A program made the position numbers and the translations under genes. A stretch of DNA of 64,000 nt from an uncultured Eubacteriales bacterium (GTDB lineage Bacteria; Bacillota; Clostridia; Christensenellales; CAG-138), in NCBI GenBank assembly GCA_900544965.1, contig UQXE01000006.1, positions 4,740-68,739 of the forward strand, written 5' to 3'. Below the pieces are notes generated by a model that saw only the letters and a list, made by a program, of their open reading frames with translations, searched no databases and was not told the DNA's origin. Below, in pieces: positions 50,728-60,450 of the stretch. Numbering within the stretch: position 1 is the stretch's first letter; every line of letters starts with the position of its first letter.

Positions 50728-52038
50728 CTAGCAATCTGCCTTGCGTTGCATCTTAGCGATGAAAAAGCCTTCAGTCCCGTCCAAATGCGGGAAAAGCTGA
50801 AGCGCTCCGTCCTTAACACGGGGCCAAAGCTCCATTGGAACATATGGTTTTATATCGGCTGGATGAAACCCATTGTACTTTTCCAAGAAGCGCTTCATAA
50901 TACCTTCATTTTCGCGTTCTGAAATGGTACATGTCGCGTAGACCAATGCCCCGCCTTTTTTAACGTATTTTGAGCAAGTTGATAGAATATCGAACTGTAT
51001 TTCCGATAGGCCGGCAATAACCTCATCCGTTTTTCTATATCTGGCGTCAGGTTTTCCACGTACCCCCAATCCGGAACAAGGCGCGTCTACCAGTACAACA
51101 TCCATTTTTTCATCAAGCTCTTCATCATAAAGCCTTGCGTCATGCAATGCTGTGACTGCGTTCATTACATGCAGTCTTTCAAGTGTACGATCCAGAAGCT
51201 CCTTGCGGTGCTGATGGACTTCCCAGGCCAGTATCGAACCCGTATCAGCCATCAACGCTGATAAATACGCTGTTTTCCCTCCAGGCGCTGCGCATGCGTC
51301 CAGCACCTTCATGCCCTGCATGGCTCCGCATATCTGGCATACAAGCATCGCGCTTTCACTCTGTATGCTTATAAATCCATCATTGTACAAACTATCGGAT
51401 ACGGGATTAAATCCTGATGTAAGCTTGTATGCGTCTTTAACCAGTATCCCCCTGATATATCCCATCCCCCTGCCGTTAAGCTCGGTCTCCAACATTTCAG
51501 AGGTATAGGGGGGATGAGCGCGAACAGTAAAAGGCGTATCGGATTTTTCTAACATATCCCCAGCGAATTCCAAGCCGTAAAGCCTAACGTATTCATCGAC
51601 AATCCACCTTGGATAACTGTATTTAACCGCCAGCCTTTCCCTGTCATCTTCAGGCATTGGGACGGTTTTCAAATCCAAACGGCACACGGTTCTCATTACA
51701 CCGTTTACATATCCGGCCAATGCGCCCTTCCCTACTTCCTTTGCAAGCTTTACGCTCTCATCGCAGGCCACCCTGTCAGGAACCGACATAAAAAGCGCCT
51801 GGCATACGCCCAGACGTAGTATTCCCTTGATAACATGATTGAGTTTACCCTTGGAACAATAATCAATTATATAATCAATATACATCAGCCTGTCAAGCGT
51901 TTCATAGACCAATGCGCTAACCCAAGCGGCCTCAGAAGACGGCTTTTCAGAAAGGGCGTCCTTTAAGGCAAGGTTTGAATATTTTCCTCCCCTGATTATG
52001 CTGTCAAGCACTTCAAGGGCAACTCGCCTTAAGCTCAT
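50728..52038 (-). CDS. rsmB: 16S rRNA m5C967 methyltransferase
   Basis: NusB-like N-terminus, 'DACAAPGGKT', 'DAPCSG.G', 'YATCT'. Confidence 0.9.
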   Translation of the reverse strand: MSLRRVALEVLDSIIRGGKYSNLALKDALSEKPSSEAAWVSALVYETLDRLMYIDYIIDYCSKGKLNHVIKGILRLGVCQALFMSVPDRVACDESVKLAKEVGKGALAGYVNGVMRTVCRLDLKTVPMPEDDRERLAVKYSYPRWIVDEYVRLYGLEFAGDMLEKSDTPFTVRAHPPYTSEMLETELNGRGMGYIRGILVKDAYKLTSGFNPVSDSLYNDGFISIQSESAMLVCQICGAMQGMKVLDACAAPGGKTAYLSALMADTGSILAWEVHQHRKELLDRTLERLHVMNAVTALHDARLYDEELDEKMDVVLVDAPCSGLGVRGKPDARYRKTDEVIAGLSEIQFDILSTCSKYVKKGGALVYATCTISERENEGIMKRFLEKYNGFHPADIKPYVPMELWPRVKDGALQLFPHLDGTEGFFIAKMQRKADC

Positions 52039-52964
52039 GTTAAAAAGCAGCCCTTCAAATTTCTGCCATTCAAGGCAGTCTTTGCATCCATGCGCTTCGC
52101 TCCCCTGAACTGTAGTTCCGTTACTTCAATGAGGCCGTCAGCCGTAGCGACAAACAGTCCCTTCTTAGGATCCGCAATAACGCACTCTCCAGCATGAGCG
52201 GCTGGGTTCCCAGTTTCACACAGTTTTGTCCTCCATATGTTGAGAGGTTCACCGCCTATCATTGCATACGCGCATGGATCAGGGTTCATACCTCTGACCA
52301 GGTTATGTATTTCAACAGACGACTTGCTAAAATCTATCCTGGCGTTTTCTTTTTCAATGCGCCCACATCTTGTGGCCTTTAAGCTATCCTGTGGAATCGC
52401 AATGAGTTCGCCTTGCTGAAGCCTTTCAAGAGTATCCCTCAATACAGTGGCGCCAAGCAACGCTAGCCTTTCGCTCAGTTCTCCGGCCGTTTCATCGGGA
52501 TATATATCAAGCTCCCTCATCAACAGTATATCGCCGGTATCAAGCCCTACATCGGTCAGCATAGTGGTTATGCCGGTTTTCCTTTCACCCGCTATTATAG
52601 CGCTTTGAATGGGTGCGGCCCCGCGGTATTTGGGTAAGAGACTTCCATGCACATTTATACATCCATGCTTTGGAATGCCAAGAATTTCACGAGACAGTAT
52701 CTGTCCAAATGCTGCGGTGACCATAACGTCAGGCCTGAAATTTTGTAATTCAACTATGCTGTCGCGGTTCTTTATACGTTCAAATTGGAAAACCGGAAGA
52801 CCAAGCTTTAATGCTTCAATTTTTACCGGGGGTGCGCACATAAGCCGTTTCCTGCCTTTAGGCTTGTCCGGCTGCGTAAGCACAATTATATCATGACCGC
52901 TATCTACCAGCATCCTTAGGGACGGCAAGGCAAATTCAGGAGTGCCCAAGAAAGCTATTCTCAC
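52035..52964 (-). CDS. fmt: Methionyl-tRNA formyltransferase
   Basis: 'FLGTPEFA', 'NVHGSLLPKYRGAAPIQ'. Confidence 0.93.
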   Translation of the reverse strand: MRIAFLGTPEFALPSLRMLVDSGHDIIVLTQPDKPKGRKRLMCAPPVKIEALKLGLPVFQFERIKNRDSIVELQNFRPDVMVTAAFGQILSREILGIPKHGCINVHGSLLPKYRGAAPIQSAIIAGERKTGITTMLTDVGLDTGDILLMRELDIYPDETAGELSERLALLGATVLRDTLERLQQGELIAIPQDSLKATRCGRIEKENARIDFSKSSVEIHNLVRGMNPDPCAYAMIGGEPLNIWRTKLCETGNPAAHAGECVIADPKKGLFVATADGLIEVTELQFRGAKRMDAKTALNGRNLKGCFLT

Positions 52965-52979
52965 AAACTCAGCCCTTTC

Positions 52980-53468
52980 CTAAGAGATATTTTCACTTTT
53001 AATGTCTTCATCATCGTAACCTTCAGGGGGTTCGGTAGCAATGTCTACAAAAAGTCTTCCGTTAAGATGATCTACTTCATGGAATACCGCGCGTGCAAAT
53101 AATCCTTCGCCCTCATATTCGACTGCACTGCCATTGCGGTTAAATCCCCGAACAACTACTCTGTTCGGACGTACGACATACCCTCGGTCATCTGGAAATG
53201 AAAGGCATCCTTCATATCCTTTTTGTTCACCTGAAAATGAAACAATGGTTGGATTGACCAGCTCCACTAAGCCCGACCCGCAATCTATTACCACCACTCG
53301 TTTGAGTACGCCTACCTGTGATGCGGCAAGCCCCGCGCCTTCGGCATGGTACATGGTTTCAGCCATGTCGTCAAGAAGCGTATGGAGCCGTCTGTCGAAA
53401 TTTATAACAGGCTTACATACCTTTCTCAGGCATGGGGCGCCATTTTTAAAAATATATCTTAGTGCCAT
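52980..53468 (-). CDS. def: Peptide deformylase
   Basis: Start refined to ATG 53468 (GGAGG 8 nt upstream); the ORF track extends it to 53486. 'GLAASQVG', 'EGCLSFP', 'HEVDHLNG'. Confidence 0.93.
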   Translation of the reverse strand: MALRYIFKNGAPCLRKVCKPVINFDRRLHTLLDDMAETMYHAEGAGLAASQVGVLKRVVVIDCGSGLVELVNPTIVSFSGEQKGYEGCLSFPDDRGYVVRPNRVVVRGFNRNGSAVEYEGEGLFARAVFHEVDHLNGRLFVDIATEPPEGYDDEDIKSENIS

Positions 53469-53576
53469 AAGGTTGTCCTCCAACAAATCATTATAAATAT
53501 TATAAAATAATTTTAAAATTTTATCAACGCCTGACGCCTCAATTAACCTAGGGTGACAAGAACAGAAAAAGCCTGT

Positions 53577-55346
53577 TTAGCTTAATACCATTTGATCCCG
53601 ACGCACTTCAATTTCAAATCTTACCCTTCCATTTTTACAAAAAGCCTGTATGTTTCCTCCTAGAAGGGAAATGGTTTCCTTAGCTATCGCAAGGCCAAGG
53701 CCGGTGCCATTGCCGCTGTGTGCCTTATCAGCCTTATAAAACCGTTCAAACAAATGCTCAATATCGGTTTCATCTATGTAACCTGGATTTTCAACAAATA
53801 TGATTATTCTATCCTCAACCAAATCGGCGCCAAGCAGGATTTCGCGTCCTCCTTCAGAATGCTTAACAGCATTATCAAGGAGTATAACAATAACTTGCTC
53901 AATCCTGTCAGGGTTTGAATAAACTGTTACTGGAACGTTATCAAGGCTAAGACTCAGCCTGAAACCACAGTCGCTGGCAATTTCCGTAAAACAGTCAGCC
54001 GCGTTTCTTATAAGCTCGGTTATGTCAAAGCTGTATTTTTCAAAGGCAACCCCGCCGGACTGGAGCCGCGAAAGCTCAAGAAGGTCGTCTATAAGCCTTG
54101 ATAGCCGCATCGATTCCTTGAGTATATAGCCATAGTAGCGCGACCGGTCAAAATCATTTTTTATAAGGCCGTCACTAAGGGCGTCGGCCAGGCTGCGAAT
54201 TGCGCTTATCGGAGTGCGAAGTTCATGTGATACGTTCGCTACATAATCCCTTCGGGTCTGTTCAAGCCGTTCCGACTCCGTTACGTCCCTCATTAGAACA
54301 ACGGCTCCGGCAACGTGATCCTCTCCATTCGGAAGAGGCGTAATAGTTATATGCAGCAACCGTTCCCCAACCTTAAGCTGCTCGTTTTTTGCTGCCATAT
54401 TCAAAGACACATCCGTCATGAATTTCATTATCGACCTGTATATATCTGATCCGGCGGGAATGCATCCTCTTCCACCGCCCATAAGCCTAATCGCCGCATC
54501 ATTGCAGTGGGTGAGTTTTCCTTCCGCATTTATTGCCATCACTCCTTCGCCAAGGCCATTCATGATAGCGCGTAATCGGTTTCTTTCAAGAGTAAGGTCT
54601 TTAATTGTCCTCTCCAGCTCGTCGGACATGTGGTTTAGCGCGCTTCCAAGCCTCGCAAGCTCTCCCCTTCCCCTTTCCGGAGCGTTTACCTTAAAGTCGC
54701 CCAGCGCTATTGCCTGCGCAACGTCGGTCATCCTATTTACAGGTCCTGTTATGCTTTTGGAGGCAAAGTACGCGGGAATAATCATCAAAGCGGCAACGGC
54801 AAGCATACTTACAACCAGAGCTGTAATCAGTGCGTTTACAGCGGCGCTTATTTCGCTTATCGGCTTTACAAGAAATACAGCGCCCTGAATCCTGTCTCCA
54901 ACAAATGGCGTGTTTCCATATGATGTTATAGGCGTACCTACAATTATACAGTATTCCCTTAGTTCTGCAGGGGTCGTAACATGCTCTCCGTTCAGCACGC
55001 TCTCCAGATGAGGTTCAACATAAGCCCTTAATTCGGTGGAGGATTCAGTATCAAGATATGCAAACAGCTCTCCTTCGGCGTTATACATATATAGCTGCGC
55101 GTCCCAGAGGTCATTCATGGTTGCGGGAGACATAAGGGACTCAAATGTCGCTCTGGACATAAGCCCCATAAGGTACAGCCAGGCTTGCTCTGCGCAATAT
55201 TCAGCCCGCGGCACAAGCTCTTCTGCCTTTTGATCGGCAAATACGCTTTTTCCATATATGCTAAACAAAACCGTCGTAAGCGCAGCGCTCATTATGATGG
55301 TAAGCAGGATTATTATAAGGGTTCTATACAACAGTGAATGCTTCAT
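53577..55346 (-). CDS. Sensor histidine kinase (TM, sensor, TM, HAMP, PAS, HisKA, HATPase; PhoR/ResE-like layout)
   Basis: H-box 'VSHELRTPISAI', N-box 'LLDNAVKHS', G-box 'GTGLGLAIA', PAS 'GEGVMAINAEGKLTHCNDAA'. Confidence 0.85.
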   Translation of the reverse strand: MKHSLLYRTLIIILLTIIMSAALTTVLFSIYGKSVFADQKAEELVPRAEYCAEQAWLYLMGLMSRATFESLMSPATMNDLWDAQLYMYNAEGELFAYLDTESSTELRAYVEPHLESVLNGEHVTTPAELREYCIIVGTPITSYGNTPFVGDRIQGAVFLVKPISEISAAVNALITALVVSMLAVAALMIIPAYFASKSITGPVNRMTDVAQAIALGDFKVNAPERGRGELARLGSALNHMSDELERTIKDLTLERNRLRAIMNGLGEGVMAINAEGKLTHCNDAAIRLMGGGRGCIPAGSDIYRSIMKFMTDVSLNMAAKNEQLKVGERLLHITITPLPNGEDHVAGAVVLMRDVTESERLEQTRRDYVANVSHELRTPISAIRSLADALSDGLIKNDFDRSRYYGYILKESMRLSRLIDDLLELSRLQSGGVAFEKYSFDITELIRNAADCFTEIASDCGFRLSLSLDNVPVTVYSNPDRIEQVIVILLDNAVKHSEGGREILLGADLVEDRIIIFVENPGYIDETDIEHLFERFYKADKAHSGNGTGLGLAIAKETISLLGGNIQAFCKNGRVRFEIEVRRDQMVLS

Positions 55347-56029
55347 TCCGTCAATTCAAACTTATACCCAATGCCATACACGGTGTTTATCGCAAATCCA
55401 AGGCCACCGTGCGGAAACTTCTGCCTTATCCGCTTTATCTGCGTATCTACGGCTCTTGTATCGCCGAAGTAATCGTATCCCCATATTCTTGACAATATCT
55501 GCTCCCTTGAAAACACCTTTCCTGGGTGCGAGGCAAGCATCTCCAATATTTCAACCTCTTTGGGGGTAAACCTTACGGCGTCCCCATTGATTTTTACGCT
55601 GTAGTTGGCTAGATCAACCTCCAACCCGCCCAATTTCAGAGCCTTTGGGGGTTCGTCCGCTTGAGAGAGATATCTGCGCAGAACCGATTTGATTCGGGCG
55701 ATAACCTCCCTAATGCTGAACGGCTTTACTATGTAATCGTCAGCCCCAAGCTCCAATCCTAAGACCCTGTCGATCTCCTCTCCCTTGGCCGTAAGCATGA
55801 TTATTGGTACGCGGCTTTGCTGCCTGATCTCCCTGCAGACTTCAATGCCGGACATTACCGGCATCATTATGTCGAGTATTATAAGCGTCGGGTTCTGAGA
55901 TTCAAATTTTTCAATAGCTTCCTTGCCGTTGAAAGCTGAGATGGCCTCGTATCCCTCTTCTCTTAAATAAACGCCAAGCGTTTCATGGATTATCGGCTGA
56001 TCGTCGCAGATCAATATCTTTCGGTCCAT
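55343..56029 (-). CDS. OmpR-family response regulator
   Basis: 'ILICDDQ', 'LIILDIMMP', 'MLTAKG', and wHTH 'TRAVDTQIKRIRQK...GIGYKF'. 4-nt overlap with the kinase. Confidence 0.9.
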   Translation of the reverse strand: MDRKILICDDQPIIHETLGVYLREEGYEAISAFNGKEAIEKFESQNPTLIILDIMMPVMSGIEVCREIRQQSRVPIIMLTAKGEEIDRVLGLELGADDYIVKPFSIREVIARIKSVLRRYLSQADEPPKALKLGGLEVDLANYSVKINGDAVRFTPKEVEILEMLASHPGKVFSREQILSRIWGYDYFGDTRAVDTQIKRIRQKFPHGGLGFAINTVYGIGYKFELTE

Positions 56030-56908
56030 ATTATCACCTCTTTATCTATTATAAATTACTTGATCGGACAAGGCAATGGAGTTGGCGTAAGCGTCATAAT
56101 TGTACAATATTAGGACATAATTGCAGCTTCTTTGTTGGCAGGGCCAGTTAAATTAAGATGCGTATTTCTTAAAAAAGCTTATTTTTGACTTTCTTGTGTT
56201 TTTAATTAGATCGCTTTTAAAATTGCTTGGCAAATTAAACTTATCCACTGATTGTTATACTGTTAAGCCAATAAATTTATACTTTTTTGTACACCAAATA
56301 GCTCGATAAAAGCGGCATATGGTAAATATAACATTATAAATTTGCAGGAAATACATTATCTTGCGCGATACCAATCGCCTATAAGGCCGAAATGGTATAT
56401 CAGAGCTTACGGATTATCAATAGCTTCTGGACGAAATTGCCGCGGGGCGTAGTTATTGACCTGCTCATAATTAGAAGTATATATTCTGACGAAACCAAGG
56501 GGATATATGTCGTAAAATATTTCTATTACCTGGGAAACAATAAAGCTGGCTGTACTATGGATCAGGATTATTTATGAAGACGACCGCATATGCTCAACCT
56601 TTGGTTCCTAAATCTTGGGAGACGCGAGTATATGTAACCGGTACTGCGCGGACCGCCGCATCTGGTTGGCGACAACTGTGCTGCGCTTTATGCCCCTTCT
56701 ATCGGCTTTTACCAAAAAAACGATCGGCGAGTAAACATCACTTTGCAGCCACAGGCGCTGTTGCATGAAAATCGACCTTCATCATTTACGTCGTCCTCCG
56801 CGACAACAAATCCTGCTGTGCCAAATTATTGATGTTCAACCTACATGTGCTGTGGGTATAATAAATACTATAAGGACGGTGACACGCTTGAACTTCATCA
56901 GAGGGATT

Positions 56909-57562
56909 ATGCTTGAGGGCATTCCATGCGCTGGTAAAACATCGACATTCAACGCGGTGAAAAAGCTGCACACCGAAAGGGCGGACTGTGAGAGAGGCAT
57001 CATTGCTTTGGGTGAGCATTACTCCCAAGTATTGAACAGGATAAATGGTGAACCTGTCATACTGGAGCAAAATGCCCACTGTGCTCTTTTGAGTGAACGC
57101 CTGTCCATGTTGGAACGGTTGAACGCTTGGGCCTCCTCCTTGGGAGAGGCGCGGCGCCAATCTAGGGGGCTTTTTGTTCTGCTTGAACGATTTTATCTCA
57201 ATCACGTTGTCGCCTTTGATACGTGCTCTCAAAGCATGGAAATTTGCTGCATCCACCTTGGTTTTAAATGCATGCTGCTGACGATTTCCAATGATAACAT
57301 TGTTCATCGCATCCGTTTGAGGGATGAACAAATGAATATCAAGCGACCGTCCGATGAGATTGAATTGCAAGCTTCTGATTACTTAGCTGTTCAGGAGCGT
57401 TTTCTTGTGGCTGTTAAGCGTATTTCTAGCCCTACTCTGATCATAAATACGGATTCCATGGACTGGAGTTCTTTTGCACATAATATCCTCTCTCTCAGAT
57501 ATTGCTTGACTCTTTATAGCTGGTCCTGGTCAACAATCTCAAATAGTACTCAAAAACCATAG
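56909..57562 (+). CDS. Orphan P-loop NTPase/kinase-like protein, function unknown
   Basis: Likely start ATG 56909 (AGAGGGA upstream; extended -10 TGGGTATAAT at ~56853). The ORF track extends it to 56765. Walker A 'GIPCAGKTS', Walker-B-like 'LFVLLERF'. Family not recognised. Confidence 0.45.
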   Translation: MLEGIPCAGKTSTFNAVKKLHTERADCERGIIALGEHYSQVLNRINGEPVILEQNAHCALLSERLSMLERLNAWASSLGEARRQSRGLFVLLERFYLNHVVAFDTCSQSMEICCIHLGFKCMLLTISNDNIVHRIRLRDEQMNIKRPSDEIELQASDYLAVQERFLVAVKRISSPTLIINTDSMDWSSFAHNILSLRYCLTLYSWSWSTISNSTQKP

Positions 57563-57611
57563 TAGATTAAAATTAAGGTTTAAGGAGGGCATTTATTATC
57601 TTTTTTGTGAA

Positions 57612-57917
57612 ATGTTTGCTCCCCAATATTTTGTCAGATTGGAACAAACACATCAAAACATTCTTCCGCCGGTTGCCGACGTTGAATTTTACGGCGAGTT
57701 TTTCAGATTCCCTCCAGAAAAGGATTATGTAGAACGCGAATTGACAGCAATGCTTCAGGTCCTTGAATCCCATTACGAAGTCAAACCCGTCATATACGTT
57801 ACCCAGAGAGCGTACAAGGCGTATGGAGTTACCAAGGGCTTTACAGCTTGCGATATAGATATTATCAAGTGGAGAGAACATAATAATGAAAACTACATCA
57901 ATATATTATCTGCTTAA
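57612..57917 (+). pseudogene. Fragment of a GH25-family lysozyme/muramidase (central part only)
   Basis: 'LPPVADVEFYGEF....PEKDYVERELTAMLQVLESHYEVKPVIYV' matches the GH25 'LPPV.D.E ... KP.IYT' core (from memory). The N-terminal catalytic half and C-terminal end are absent. Confidence 0.5.
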
Positions 57918-57963
57918 TTAAACCACTGTCGCCCCCCATATGGGTGCGTGGATTGAAATAAAG

Positions 57964-57996
57964 AAATAGAAAGCCGTTAATAGCGGCTTTCTATTT
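57964..57996. terminator. Bidirectional hairpin terminator (tRNA-Ala on the minus strand, GH25 fragment on the plus strand)
   Basis: Perfect 13-bp stem AAATAGAAAGCCG / CGGCTTTCTATTT with a 7-nt loop and T-rich flanks on both strands. Confidence 0.65.
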
Positions 57997-58052
57997 TATT
58001 GTAATTGCGAAGATCTTCCCAGCTATAAAAAAGTGTTCGTATCTCCGCGCCA

Positions 58053-58129
58053 TGGTGGAGCTTACCGGATTCGAACCGGTGATCTCTACACTGCCAGTGT
58101 AGCGCGATAGCCAACTTCGCTAAAGCCCC
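58053..58129 (-). tRNA. tRNA-Ala (anticodon GGC), CCA encoded
   Basis: Hand-folded cloverleaf: acceptor GGGGCTT/AAGCTCC with the G3:U70 Ala identity pair; D stem GCGA/TCGC; anticodon stem CTACA/TGTAG with loop CTGGCAG; T arm ACCGG-TTCGAAT-CCGGT; then ACCA. Confidence 0.9.
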
Positions 58130-58200
58130 AAAAGCTATATCAGATTCTTTCGTTAACCTATTGGTTTGGTTAACTGAGCTAAAGCTCTGAACCGAAGACA

Positions 58201-58229
58201 ATTATAACCTATACTCATCGTTTTGTAAA
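58201..58229 (-). promoter_or_regulatory. Candidate promoter for tRNA-Ala
   Basis: On the minus strand: TTTACA (58229-58224), a 17-nt spacer, TATAAT (58206-58201). It lies about 70 nt upstream of the mature 5' end. Confidence 0.5.
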
Positions 58230-58382
58230 GTGGTAATATGATTTTTATTTGTACATTTTGGATTTGACAGATAAAATCGATATATAGGCCTATTTGGGCA
58301 TGACGCGGTTTTAATACCCGCGCCATGCAAAGCGTATCAACTACAACCAATGATTGATAGAGCGGTTTTCAGTATGTTGACT

Positions 58383-58667
58383 TTATTCCTCCTTTCCTCC
58401 TGTAAATCGCTTTACCATCTCAATTCCCCCGTTCGCGCTCAAAGAAACTATTGCGGCATTAAGAGGTACCAAAAACGCATTGCCCAGATCCAGCTGTCCA
58501 GTAAAATAGTACGCCGGATACAGCACCGCGATCGCTATAACCCAGCTCCAGATTTGAGTAGGTATCTTGTTGATAGCTCCCAGTCCTTTAGTTAACTGTG
58601 TGATAACGCATACCATCAATAGGGCTCCCGCTTGGGTAGCGAGTACTGCCCATGTTGTAAATTCCAT
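58383..58667 (-). CDS. Small multi-TM protein, holin-like
   Basis: 94 aa from ATG 58667 (GGAGG 8 nt upstream); the ORF track extends it to 58682. Two to three hydrophobic helices and a charged C-terminus ('KRFTGGKEE'). It lies downstream of a cell-wall hydrolase gene. Confidence 0.5.
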   Translation of the reverse strand: MEFTTWAVLATQAGALLMVCVITQLTKGLGAINKIPTQIWSWVIAIAVLYPAYYFTGQLDLGNAFLVPLNAAIVSLSANGGIEMVKRFTGGKEE

Positions 58668-58945
58668 TGTTTTATCCTCCAATTATATATTTGTTTAAAA
58701 TATAGATTTCAAACCAGTCGATCCTATTGCACAGCTATATGTGTACACGTCCGACTGTTATAAGCTATACTTGTGATGCAGATCTCAAAAAACATCAGCT
58801 TAAACGCCGTTTCTGCTGCATACTGATTATATTTTTCAAAACTCGTTAAAACTTTCAACAAGTAGTGTTTTTATTATATTTCCGTCGTTTGATTAAATCT
58901 TTAATTACTAGTTTCTGTATCACCTCCATAGGGTCTAACCTTGCT

Positions 58946-59707
58946 TTAGCTCAAACTTGTGCCGTACACCTTATCTCCAACTTTTATTAACAGCTTTACC
59001 GTATCCGGCAACGCTGATGCACTGCAGGATCCTCCGTGAGCTGCTGAAAACGCCGCTATTCCGGCCATAGTCCTTTCGCCAACTTTGCCGTCTGCCGTGC
59101 CGCAGTCATAGCCTAGCCCGTTTAGAGCTGCCTGCAACGCCTTAATGTCATTACCTTGCATCATTGGCGACGTATGTTGTAATACTACTGCCATTATGTT
59201 ATCTCCTTCCTCAAATAAATCAAATCTGCCAAAATGCGTCCAATAGACGGCTCCTTTTGCATCTATGCCATGCTCTATGACACCCTCGTCACGACCAAAA
59301 CCCTCAATTACATTTCCATTTCCCATATAAACGCCCACATGGAATATCTTAGAGCCATCATGTCTAAACGTCATATCTCCAGGCCTCAAATCGACCTTAT
59401 TAATTGGCTTGCATCTGGCGTATAATCCTCTGCTATTGATGTCGGATGATTGCAAACCCAGCTTGTTCAGCGCCCAGTAAATAAGCCCCGAGCAGTCAAA
59501 CGCGCGTATTTCGGTTACTCCATCCCGTACCCGCCTGTCATACAGGGCAATCGCGCGGTTGGCGTTTGCGGTGCTGGTCTCGTGCCGTTTTATCCAGTCT
59601 TTTGGAGCATCCATTGATCTTAGGTCCTCCCCATTGCCGCCCCATACATAGATACCCCTATTGGTCTGTGTACTTAATACCTCTATGAATTTGTCTATTG
59701 TGTTCAC
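58946..59707 (-). CDS. NlpC/P60 (C40) peptidoglycan endopeptidase with a C-terminal PG_binding_1-like domain (endolysin-like)
   Basis: Catalytic Cys context 'FDCSGLIYWA' and His 'HVGVYMG'. C-terminus 'IKALQAALNGLGYDCGTADGKVGERTMAGI'. GTG start with AGGAGG 7 nt upstream. Confidence 0.8.
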   Translation of the reverse strand: MNTIDKFIEVLSTQTNRGIYVWGGNGEDLRSMDAPKDWIKRHETSTANANRAIALYDRRVRDGVTEIRAFDCSGLIYWALNKLGLQSSDINSRGLYARCKPINKVDLRPGDMTFRHDGSKIFHVGVYMGNGNVIEGFGRDEGVIEHGIDAKGAVYWTHFGRFDLFEEGDNIMAVVLQHTSPMMQGNDIKALQAALNGLGYDCGTADGKVGERTMAGIAAFSAAHGGSCSASALPDTVKLLIKVGDKVYGTSLS

Positions 59708-60117
59708 AATACCGCCTCCTGTTTATATCCTTCAATATACCGTATTAATTTCCATTAGCCTTTAATAACGGCATATATCTATGCAAACTATTATGTGCCT
59801 TCGCGCCACGTTTCTGGATTGGAGTCTGCTTGGTCAATCCAAAGTTAATAAGGAACGCAGGCAATCAAGGCCTGTCTTGCCTCGGTATGGTCCTCTCCAG
59901 CGCTGCGGAAAAAATATCTGTGACATTGCACCGTAACAGCCGCCTATATACATATATTCACTTTCCCTATAAACGGTTAATAATATATTGAAAAACGAGC
60001 GCTTTGCTCTTTATGGACGGTCTTAAACCCTGTTATTGATTCTTGCTTACTAAAATTTCTTTGATATATATCATTCCGTAGCTTTAACGGCTTCATAGCT
60101 CTATTCTGGTATTATAA

Positions 60118-60450
60118 TTGCAGACATTTACCGTTATAACTATTGAGGATTACCGGCATGGTGCATGCTTTGCACCATACGGACAGCGGACGATAACGGC
60201 TATAGCAAATTGCCTAAAGCCGATTAGCAAAACAGGCGTTTGGGCATTTATTATATTTGGCCCTCCGTATTATGATTTGTACCTGAAATACTCTCAGATT
60301 GCATGGGAGATATACGGCGAATTAGAACCCTTCGGACTTGACGAGTGTTTGTTGGACGTAACCAGCAACAAATACTTGTTCGGGGACGTAAAAGCGATTG
60401 AAGATAAACCGCGGGAACGGATCAAGTTCGACTTTGGCGTTCATGTATAG
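60118..60450 (+). pseudogene. Truncated Y-family (DinB/UmuC-like) DNA polymerase fragment
   Basis: 'PPYYDLYLKYSQIAWEIYGELEPFGLDECLLDVTSNKYLFGD...RERIKFDFGV' matches the palm region around the catalytic D-E (from memory). A stop comes right after, and no N-terminal 'D.D.F(Y/F)' motif is present. Confidence 0.6.

Noticed and set aside
56392-56908. Three short ORFs in successive frames, and a third-frame string 'LVGDNCAALYAPSIGFYQ' (~56660-56715) reminiscent of the GNAT 'N..A..LY...GF' motif.
   Set aside because: No continuous frame, no other GNAT motifs and no RBS. I treat them as possible gene debris only.
56786-57370. 194-aa minus-strand ORF opposite the P-loop ORF, and 57573-57881(-) opposite the GH25 fragment.
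   Set aside because: The plus-strand frames carry recognisable motifs (Walker A; the GH25 core). The antisense translations have none.
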